Source of the DNA: Minisyncoccia bacterium
GTDB taxonomy: Bacteria; Patescibacteriota; Minisyncoccia; Phycocordibacterales; UBA2100
DNA: 53,957 nt
Direction of reading: 5' to 3'
NCBI GenBank assembly: GCA_965659025.1
Contig: CBFHTW010000002.1
Coordinates: 1-53,957, forward strand
In this document: positions 46,995-53,957 of the stretch, piece after piece
Numbering within the stretch: the first letter of the stretch is position 1
Layout of the letters: every line of letters begins with the position of its first letter
Made by a program: the position numbers and the translations under genes
The notes under the pieces: model-generated
What the model was told of the DNA's origin: nothing
What the model saw: the letters and a program-made list of their open reading frames with translations, nothing else
Databases searched by the model: none

Positions 46995-47759
46995 ATGAAG
47001 AACACATTCTGGATCGTGTCAAATTATGTTGGTTATCTTTTCGGAAGAAAGTTCTTTGCTCCTATTCACCACGCAATGATAAATCTGTCCTTGCACGGCC
47101 TTGGATACGACAATATGTATTACGATGCCTGGACTGGTGAAGAATGGTTTATCAAAAACATTCTTGTCCAAAATAATCCTCGTGTATGTTTGGATATTGG
47201 TGCAAATGTAGGAAAATTTTCAGAACTGCTGTTGAAGTATACCCAGGCTAAAATTTATGCGGCAGAGCCGTCGCCATCTTCTTATAAAGAGCTAAAGAGG
47301 TTGGACAGTAGGGTGATTCCTATACAAACCGCTATCGCAGATTTTGATGGCAATGCATTTTTGCACTCAAAGACGCCGACAGATACACGTGCATCGTTGG
47401 ATAAAAATGTGAGGGGGGGGGTAGAAACAGAGGTCCCGGTCTCAACTATCCAGAGTCTAGGGGTACTGTACAATATTGAAGAAATCGATTTTATAAAAAT
47501 AGATACGGAAGGATACGAAAGAGAAGTTTTGAAGGGTCTTGGATCTTATAGGCCGAAGTTTATACAGTTTGAATTTGCTCTCCATCACCTGTATAGGAAT
47601 TGCACAATTTATGAACTCACACAATTATTACCCGAGTACGAATTCTACAGATTGTTGCCTCATGGCTGGTTGAAGATTAACCCTAAAAAATATTTGGATA
47701 ATATTTTTATGCTGTGCAATATTGTGGCTGTTAAGAAAGATAGCGACCGAGATGCCTAA
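46995..47759 (+). CDS. FkbM-family methyltransferase
   Basis: CLDIGANVGKFS...FIKIDTEGYEREVLKG. It is clearly AT-richer than the flanking DNA. Confidence 0.8.
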   Translation: MKNTFWIVSNYVGYLFGRKFFAPIHHAMINLSLHGLGYDNMYYDAWTGEEWFIKNILVQNNPRVCLDIGANVGKFSELLLKYTQAKIYAAEPSPSSYKELKRLDSRVIPIQTAIADFDGNAFLHSKTPTDTRASLDKNVRGGVETEVPVSTIQSLGVLYNIEEIDFIKIDTEGYEREVLKGLGSYRPKFIQFEFALHHLYRNCTIYELTQLLPEYEFYRLLPHGWLKINPKKYLDNIFMLCNIVAVKKDSDRDA

Positions 47760-47810
47760 CTCTATCAAACCGAAATCGTCTAAACGGTCCTTACGGGGTC
47801 TTTTTGGCCC

Positions 47811-47834
47811 AGGTTCGATCCCTGCTGGGTGCAC
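47811..47834 (+). repeat. 24-bp duplicate of the tRNA-Ile(TAT) 3' end
   Basis: aggttcgatccctgctgggtgcac is identical to 46916-46939. Confidence 0.9.
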
Positions 47835-47912
47835 TGCTTCACTCCTCTAGATGAGGACGTTTGGATATTAAAGAAAACCGCGGCACTTTCGTGCCGCGGG
47901 TCGCAGAGTGAA

Positions 47913-48599
47913 TTACATCTGCCGAAGTATTTCAGCGAGCTCGTTCATCTGAGCCTTGGATTCAGGGCTCTTGATGCGCTCCATTGCGTCCGACCAAATC
48001 TTTTCAATCTCCGCATCGGTCCGCCGAGCAAGTTCTTCTTTGGAGACGAAAGCCCAACCTCCGTCATGATGTTGGTGTGCATACATCTCCGCCGCCGCTC
48101 GCGTCGGCCACCACCTCTTGATCCGGACATTGGATGCTTCTGGGTTGCGAGGCGATTGGTCGTAACCCACATTGACCCGGCCGAACTCGTAACGCAGATA
48201 GCCGATCTGGGCCTCAAAGATCTCCTGCCTTTCAGTATCAAGGCCGTACACGACCTGTCCAAGCTCGGGAATGTCCGCAGGAAGATTTTTCATCTCCGGT
48301 GCTTCACCTTCAAACTTGACCGGCGTGAAGAACGAGATGCTGTTCTTCCGCATTGTGCGCCGAACATGCATGAGTGCAGACCACCGACTGGCAAATGGCC
48401 GCCCTTCGGTATCCGGTTCCCAACGACCAATCCGTGACTTCAGTCGCGGATTGTCCGATTGCGCCGTGGCGACTCTCTTGCCAATTCCCGCAACATGCAC
48501 CACTCGCGCAGGCATCACACGGAAACGCATTCTGTTTTGCTCGATGTTCACGTCGGCAATGTAGCATCCGTCGCCGAGCTTCCACTTGCGTTGTTCCAT
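47913..48599 (-). CDS. hypothetical protein (no recognisable family)
   Basis: An open frame with good coding appearance. The start is trimmed to MEQRKWKLGDG (ATG at 48599, AGGA upstream). The longest ORF extends to 48674. Confidence 0.5.
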   Translation of the reverse strand: MEQRKWKLGDGCYIADVNIEQNRMRFRVMPARVVHVAGIGKRVATAQSDNPRLKSRIGRWEPDTEGRPFASRWSALMHVRRTMRKNSISFFTPVKFEGEAPEMKNLPADIPELGQVVYGLDTERQEIFEAQIGYLRYEFGRVNVGYDQSPRNPEASNVRIKRWWPTRAAAEMYAHQHHDGGWAFVSKEELARRTDAEIEKIWSDAMERIKSPESKAQMNELAEILRQM

Positions 48600-48785
48600 G
48601 ACCAATATCCTTTCAAGATGGTCGGGGTGGGGCAAAAAGGACTTCCAAGGCCTCAGAGTACCAGACAACCCCATTTTGAGCTACGAGGGGGGGTATGAGC
48701 GGCTAATCTTGTGCTAATCCTTCTTTCGTGGTATCGTGCTACTTAGAACTGCACCCCGCTATTGTCCAAACCGAAGGAGGAAAGT

Positions 48786-49430
48786 ATGGACTTGTTCAAT
48801 CGGAAGAAACGTTCTGTTGCGTCACTCGACCTGTCGCTAGTGAAGAAAAAGGCGACGGAACGGAACGGCTGGACGCAAGAGCAAGCGAACGAGGCGGAGG
48901 CGGACTACCGCCGATTCCTGTATCTGCTTGCGAAGAGTCCGAATACTGTCATGGTGCCGTGGACGAATGATCTCGACAAGTTCTGGCATGAGCACATTCT
49001 CGACACGCGCCGCTACAGTGCGGACTGCGAGAAAGTCTTCGGCCGATTCATTCACCACGATCCGCATATCCGGCAATCGCCGGCAGTGGAAGCCAGGGCG
49101 CGGCAAGACACGCGGACGGCATTCCAGTCCGCGTTCATGGGACGTTCGGCCAGCTCCGATCCCTCCATGGCTTGGCTGGTCGCCGGTGCTGCTGGCATTG
49201 CGGCACTCGGCATCAGTCAGAATGTTCATGCTCGTCCGCGCGAAGACGAGAAACAGCAACGTCGGTCGAACGACAGCGGCGGTATCGCAGGAGGTTGCAG
49301 TGGAAGCACTGCACCGACAGCGGTTCCCGCTACTTGCCCTCCTGCCGCGGCTGACTGCCCTGCTCCCGCCGCTTCGTGTGATGGTGGCGCTGCCAGTTGT
49401 GGTGGAGGTGGTTGCGGTGGAGGAGGCTGA
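48786..49430 (+). CDS. GRDP-like (glycine-rich domain-containing protein 2-like) protein with TM helix and Cys/Gly-rich C-terminal tail
   Basis: A strong AAGGAGG lies 5 nt before the ATG at 48786. DLDKFWHEHILDTRRYSADCEKVFGRFIHHDP matches the WH-x-H-x-L...Y...C GRDP/DUF1399-type motif. The C-terminus reads ...SCDGGAASCGGGGCGGGG. Confidence 0.6.
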   Translation: MDLFNRKKRSVASLDLSLVKKKATERNGWTQEQANEAEADYRRFLYLLAKSPNTVMVPWTNDLDKFWHEHILDTRRYSADCEKVFGRFIHHDPHIRQSPAVEARARQDTRTAFQSAFMGRSASSDPSMAWLVAGAAGIAALGISQNVHARPREDEKQQRRSNDSGGIAGGCSGSTAPTAVPATCPPAAADCPAPAASCDGGAASCGGGGCGGGG

Positions 49431-49553
49431 AAATCCACGCTACCAAATGTCTGGTTGGGCTCTGGTAATTTGCCGGAGTCAATGTGAACGCGACCAGCCA
49501 GGCGATCGTTACCGCCGACCACGGCTGGTTGATCGGAGCGGCCTGACGATACT

Positions 49554-49589
49554 TGCGCCACTGCCTTCGGGCAGTGGCGCTTCTTTTTT
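49554..49589 (+). terminator. canonical Rho-independent terminator
   Basis: gcgccactgcc-ttcg-ggcagtggcgc followed by ttctttttta. Confidence 0.8.
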
Positions 49590-49594
49590 ACTTT

Positions 49595-51553
49595 TTACAC
49601 GAGCGGCTGGTGCTCTATGTCTTCTTTTTTCTTCGGTGTGATGCCGTTGGCGATGAGTAGTTTCTCAAAATCCTCGCGCTCTATCGTTTCCACCTCAATG
49701 AGTTTCTGCGCGATGGCATCAAGAACAGAGCGGCGCTTGGTGATGATGTGTTCTGCCTTTTTATACGCACCCGAGATGATTTTCTTTACCTCCGCGTCTA
49801 CCATTGCGGATACTTCTTCTGATTGTTCCGCGCCCTCTATCGCTTCTCCAAAGACACCACGGCCGCGTGGTGCATCTATCACCACCGGCCCCACCTTCTC
49901 CGACATGCCATAGCGCGTAACCATGTCGCGCGCGAGCGCGGAGAGCACGGCGAGGTCGTTGGACGCGCCGGTGGTCAAGTCACCGAAGACGTGTTTCTCG
50001 GCAATGTAGCCTCCAAGCGAGACCGCGATGTCATCCAAAAATTCATTGCGCGACTGCATGCGACGGTCTTCAAGCGGCAATTTGAGCGTGTAGCCAGCCG
50101 CACGCCCGCGTGAAATGATAGACACCTTGTGCACCGGATCGGCGTACGGCAAGACAGACGCGACAAGCGCGTGTCCGGCCTCGTGGTACGCCGTGATTTC
50201 TTTTTCTTTTTTGTTGAGCACGTGAGAGCGGCGTTCGGGCCCGAGCATCACCTTTTCAATACTGCGGATGAGATCGTACTGCGTGATGGCGGTGCGGTTT
50301 TCGCGCGCGGCCAAGATAGCGCCCTCATTCATGACGTTGGCGAGATCGGCACCAGAGAATCCCGGCGTGCGCTCGGCGATGACGACGATATTCACGTCGG
50401 GCCCGAGCGGCTTGGTGCGCGTGTGCGTCTTGAGAATTTCCTCGCGATCTTTCCTATCCGGCATGTCTATCATCACGCGGCGGTCAAAACGGCCCGGGCG
50501 CAAAAGCGCCGGATCAAGCACGTCGGGGCGGTTGGTGGCCGCCATCACAATGACTTTTTCATTCGGCTCAAAGCCGTCCATCTCCACAAGGATTTGGTTG
50601 AGGGTCTGCTCGCGTTCGTCGTTGCCGCCGCCTACGCCCGAGCCGCGTACGCGCCCCACCGCGTCTATTTCATCTATAAACACAATCGCCGGCGCAGCCT
50701 TCTTCGCCGTTTCAAAAAGGTCGCGTACGCGGCTCGCGCCCACGCCCACAAACATTTCCACAAACTCACTGCCGGAGATGGAGAAAAACGGCACGCCCGC
50801 TTCGCCCGCCACCGCGCGCGCCAGAAGCGTCTTTCCCGTGCCTGGCGCGCCCATCAGGAGCACCCCTTTTGGAATGCGCGCGCCGATCTGGATGAATTTT
50901 TTCGGGTTTTTAAGAAAGTCCACAATCTCCGCGAGCTCTACCTTGGCTTCTTTGGCCCCAGCCACATCGGCAAAGGTAACCTTCTGCGTGAGATCTTCCG
51001 GATTGACGAGCCGAGCGAGCGAGCGGCCAAACGTGAGCGCCTGCACACCCGCACCTTTGACTTGCCGCGTGAAGTACCAGATAAGCACAAGCAGGAGCAC
51101 CACCGGCAAAAGAAGCGGTGCGAGTGTGAGCGCCCAAAAACGCACGCCGCCAGGATCCTGCACGGTGATCTTTACCGCCGCGAGCCGCTCGGCGGGCACG
51201 CCATAATTTTTAAGCGTGTCGCTGAGTGCCGTCTCGCTCTCTTTGCGCGAGGTTTTCACCACGGCCGGCGTGTCCTTGCTGATGTAGGTCGCCTCTATGG
51301 TGTCCCCTTGCACCAGGATGGATGCAATGTTCCCCGCAGAAATATCTTGCGCGAGTTGCGAGATGGAAACTTCCGGCTTCTCCGCCAAGTATGAACGAAC
51401 GGCGGCATACCCGCCCGTAAGCGCAAAAAAGATAACGGCCGCGAGTACCACTTGCAAAAGGAGCGACGGACGCGGGCCAGAAGACTGCGGCTTTTGTGCG
51501 CGAGGCTTTTGCGACTGTTTTTTCTGCTGGGGAGGGGTGGTGTGTGATGTCAT
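49595..51553 (-). CDS. ftsH: ATP-dependent zinc metalloprotease FtsH
   Basis: Walker A GAPGTGKT, second region of homology, and HEAGHA zinc motif. The start is trimmed to [10 protein letters not shown]. Confidence 0.95.
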   Translation of the reverse strand: MTSHTTPPQQKKQSQKPRAQKPQSSGPRPSLLLQVVLAAVIFFALTGGYAAVRSYLAEKPEVSISQLAQDISAGNIASILVQGDTIEATYISKDTPAVVKTSRKESETALSDTLKNYGVPAERLAAVKITVQDPGGVRFWALTLAPLLLPVVLLLVLIWYFTRQVKGAGVQALTFGRSLARLVNPEDLTQKVTFADVAGAKEAKVELAEIVDFLKNPKKFIQIGARIPKGVLLMGAPGTGKTLLARAVAGEAGVPFFSISGSEFVEMFVGVGASRVRDLFETAKKAAPAIVFIDEIDAVGRVRGSGVGGGNDEREQTLNQILVEMDGFEPNEKVIVMAATNRPDVLDPALLRPGRFDRRVMIDMPDRKDREEILKTHTRTKPLGPDVNIVVIAERTPGFSGADLANVMNEGAILAARENRTAITQYDLIRSIEKVMLGPERRSHVLNKKEKEITAYHEAGHALVASVLPYADPVHKVSIISRGRAAGYTLKLPLEDRRMQSRNEFLDDIAVSLGGYIAEKHVFGDLTTGASNDLAVLSALARDMVTRYGMSEKVGPVVIDAPRGRGVFGEAIEGAEQSEEVSAMVDAEVKKIISGAYKKAEHIITKRRSVLDAIAQKLIEVETIEREDFEKLLIANGITPKKKEDIEHQPLV

Positions 51554-51630
51554 GGTCTGTGTGTTATAGCACGGAAATGCCCTGGTATGAATATTCGCCA
51601 AGAGGCGCCAGCACAGGGTATAGTTTGCCT

Positions 51631-52071
51631 ATGGCACTTATTGAAAACAAGAAGGCGCGACTCAACTACGAAATCCTAGAAACCATAGAGGCTGGGATGG
51701 AGCTTCGCGGTGGCGAGGTGAAATCATTGCGCGCCGGCCGCGGCAAACTAGACGGCGCGCACGTGGTGGTGCGCGGCGGCGAAGCGTACCTCGTCGGTGC
51801 TTCTATCGCGCAATGGCAACCAAACAACCAATCCGCCGCGTATGACCCAGAGAGAGCCCGCCGATTGCTTCTCTCCCAGAAGGAATTGGCCCAGGTGGCG
51901 AGCGCCGAGGGAGCCAAGGGCTTGACAATCGTGCCACTTTCGGTATATAATAGGGGACAGTTCCTGAAGCTCTCTATCGCCATTGCGCGCGGTAAGAAAA
52001 GCCACGATAAGCGTGCCGATATTCGCAAACGCGAAGACGAGCGCAAGATCCGCAGAACCTTGAAAACATAA
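51631..52071 (+). CDS. smpB: SsrA-binding protein
   Basis: The start is trimmed to MALIENKKARLNYEILETIEAGMELRGGEVKSLR. It has the basic C-terminal tail. Confidence 0.9.
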   Translation: MALIENKKARLNYEILETIEAGMELRGGEVKSLRAGRGKLDGAHVVVRGGEAYLVGASIAQWQPNNQSAAYDPERARRLLLSQKELAQVASAEGAKGLTIVPLSVYNRGQFLKLSIAIARGKKSHDKRADIRKREDERKIRRTLKT

Positions 52072-52079
52072 TAATTGAG

Positions 52080-52322
52080 TTGAGTGTCGGAATGTGGGAT
52101 GCAATAACGGAGGAGACCTTGAATAACAAACTGAAATGCCGCTTCTGTGAGTACACCACCTCGCGGTGGTCTACGACACGCGGAAAGAAGCGGAAGTCCG
52201 GGATGGTCCGCCTGATTAAGCATGTGGACGAGGCGCATCCGGACGAAGCCAAGAAAATACTTGAATTCTCCGGCAATTACGAAGAGCGGTCGCTTACCGA
52301 CGCGCACTTCAGTTGCCGATAA
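52080..52322 (+). CDS. small hypothetical protein with Cys2/His2-like pattern
   Basis: 80-aa ORF between smpB and ssrA with CRFCEY...HVDEAH. No family recognised. Confidence 0.35.
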   Translation: MSVGMWDAITEETLNNKLKCRFCEYTTSRWSTTRGKKRKSGMVRLIKHVDEAHPDEAKKILEFSGNYEERSLTDAHFSCR

Positions 52323-52447
52323 TGCATGACACAACACCGGCGGAGTCGTACGCGACTCCGCCCCACATTCCGACACTCAATAATCGCCTCATACGCAGGC
52401 CTGTAAGTCATCCGCTGAAAGTGGATCTCCCGCGAGGTCCCCTCCCC

Positions 52448-52818
52448 GGGGATGATTTGAATCGACAGGGGCATAGAGGTGTGAATGTGCATCGCGAACG
52501 TGAGCGACGTTCTCAAAAACGCTCAACACTCAAATGCGAATAAAACCGCACGGGGAATTCTTTCCCCGATCCAGCCCGCTTACGCTTTCGCCTAAGCGGC
52601 CGTTCATCCGTCTGACATCCGATACGGCGGCGTGAACGTCATTCTTTCGGGTTCGGATGCAGGGGCGTCTCGTCCTGCATCTTAAACACTTGGGAATCGA
52701 CATCGTGCGATTTTGCGTACCTTTCTACGCATGATGTCTAAACTCTAGGGTACGCTAGGCGACGTAGTATCGTTCACATGTCTTCTTCTGGACGGGAGTT
52801 CGTTGCTCCCCATCTCCA
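52448..52818 (+). ncRNA. ssrA: tmRNA (SsrA)
   Basis: The 5' end GGGGATGATTTGAATCGACAGGGG and the 3' end GGACGGGAGTTCGTTGCTCCCCATCTCCA form a tRNA-Ala-like acceptor (GGGGATG/CATCTCC) with G3:U70. The candidate tag frame GCA...GCC TAA (52548-52595) reads ARGILSPIQPAYAFA*, with the stop inside a hairpin. Confidence 0.85.
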
Positions 52819-52825
52819 CACACAT

Positions 52826-52847
52826 AACCGCCCCTTGGGGCGGTTTT
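52826..52847 (+). terminator. terminator hairpin after tmRNA
   Basis: aaccgcccc-ttgg-ggcggtttt. Confidence 0.65.
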
Positions 52848-52947
52848 GACGTGTGGGGAGATGAGTATTTTTTGGCGGTCTGCCTCTTTGGCAGGCCACC
52901 CTTTTCTTTGTGTAAAACCGCTCTTGGCAAAGCTCGCATCTGCTATC

Positions 52948-53957
52948 ATGAGCAGAATGTTCAATATTCCACGCGCCGCACTTATTACCCTCTTGTTTCT
53001 CGGTGCCATGGGTATCCCTGTGTCTGCGGCACATGCTGTCAACTGCGGCGCAGGAAAACGCCCCGTTACTGATCAGGAGGTGAAAACAAAGGGATTCCCT
53101 GCGGGTAGTTGCACAGACGAAAACACTGCGACACTCACCAACGGTGGTTGTGACTACAATCCATACGAGATGTTGCTACAAAAATGGGCAAAAGGGCGTG
53201 ATGATATCACTCCACAGGGTGGAAACACTGGTGGCATCAACATGGCTCTTGCCTGCCGCCTTACAAAGTTCTTCAAAGCCGTAGAAGAAAAAGGGTGCTC
53301 GGTAAAAATTATCAGTGGATACAGAAGTGCCGCCAAGCAAGCAAGTATGTGTGGCGCAGGGAGGACCGGCTGTTCCGCGGCCGGCAGATCGTGTCACCAG
53401 TATGGTCTTGCGGTAGATGTTGCAAGTAGCTGCATTGGATGGATGCGTGCCGCGGCACCACAATTTAAACTTGGATTTCCATATTACGGACCGCACATCC
53501 AATGTACCGAACATCGGGTTGCCGCCTGTTCGCCACAAACACCACCATGTGATGGAAGTGCTGCAATCAATCCAGATCTTTCAAATATCCCCCCACCAAA
53601 TCAGATTCCTAACACATACTTCTCACCACCCCAAGGCGGCAACCCAAACATCACCGATGATGGTATCAAACCGCCCCAATCCCAATCCTCCCCCCTCGCC
53701 CCTCTCACCAACGCCATCCGCAATCTGCTCAACCCCCAACCACAACAGCAACCCGCACAGCAGCCGGCAGCCACCACGCCACAGACACCGCCTTCACTAG
53801 AGACGGTGAACTCCACGCCATACCCGGCAGGCACCTGCGCCACGCAGTATCACTGTGTAAGCACTGCCATCTACTACCGCGCGGGTACCTGTGTAGACTC
53901 TGTCTACCAGCAGTGTCCGTACGGATGCGCCAACAGCCAAGCGTGTGCAACGGCAAC
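52948..53957 (+). CDS. secreted Cys-rich protein with LAS/peptidase-M15 (VanY/D-Ala-D-Ala carboxypeptidase-like) domain; runs off the right edge
   Basis: Absent from the ORF track because no stop lies in the window. ATG at 52948, signal peptide MSRMFNIPRAALITLLFLGAMGIPVSAAHA, IISGYRSAAKQ...CHQYGLAVDV (SxHxxGxAxD-type zinc site), then a Pro/Gln-rich linker. Confidence 0.6.
   Translation, partial: MSRMFNIPRAALITLLFLGAMGIPVSAAHAVNCGAGKRPVTDQEVKTKGFPAGSCTDENTATLTNGGCDYNPYEMLLQKWAKGRDDITPQGGNTGGINMALACRLTKFFKAVEEKGCSVKIISGYRSAAKQASMCGAGRTGCSAAGRSCHQYGLAVDVASSCIGWMRAAAPQFKLGFPYYGPHIQCTEHRVAACSPQTPPCDGSAAINPDLSNIPPPNQIPNTYFSPPQGGNPNITDDGIKPPQSQSSPLAPLTNAIRNLLNPQPQQQPAQQPAATTPQTPPSLETVNSTPYPAGTCATQYHCVSTAIYYRAGTCVDSVYQQCPYGCANSQACATA

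Noticed and set aside
52313-52543. 76-aa plus-strand ORF
   Set aside because: It overlaps the 5' third of the tmRNA gene. Its C-terminal part is simply an alternative frame of the tmRNA pseudoknot and tag region.

Overview
This 53.9-kb window is gene-dense and comes from a small bacterial genome. From gene content I infer a Patescibacteria/CPR (Parcubacteria-like) organism using the standard genetic code. The housekeeping backbone is mostly on the minus strand. It holds pyrG, ftsE/ftsX, a short prfB, gatC/gatA, ligA, comF, a ZIP transporter, recG, ftsH, smpB plus tmRNA, and 8 tRNA genes. It also holds a complete type IV pilus locus: pilM-N-O, pilB, a receiver-only regulator, pilT, pilC, two tandem pilins, pilD and four minor pseudopilins. 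The accessory content is the interesting part. (1) A ~9.4-kb element (10.3-19.7 kb) has junction sequences that fit serine-recombinase integration next to tRNA-Thr(GGT). It carries a large serine recombinase, a DUF3800 protein, a ~1280-aa tail-fibre-like surface protein, a zinc-ribbon/PD-(D/E)xK nuclease and an Avd-like four-helix-bundle protein with no reverse transcriptase. It also carries ~850 nt of GC-rich, helix-dense noncoding DNA with an iteron-like TGAGCCGTT array, and an internal inverted copy of its own reconstructed attP. That copy creates nested inverted repeats around both the cargo module and the recombinase module. (2) An AT-rich three-gene islet lies beside tRNA-Gln (GIY-YIG nuclease, an Rx4H protein, a SAM methyltransferase). 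(3) Three tRNA genes (Asp, Ser, Ile-UAU) are each followed by a 19-24 bp direct duplication of their own 3' end. For Ile the duplication brackets an AT-rich FkbM methyltransferase gene. Two of these loci plus the initiator tRNA locus share a short repeat family. (4) Three tandem secreted paralogues combine a coiled coil, a PG-binding domain and PKD-like domains. (5) A divergent pair encodes an unknown protein and a GRDP-like protein with a Cys/Gly-rich tail. No CRISPR array, rRNA or reverse transcriptase was seen. All family assignments come from motif recognition by eye, not from searches.
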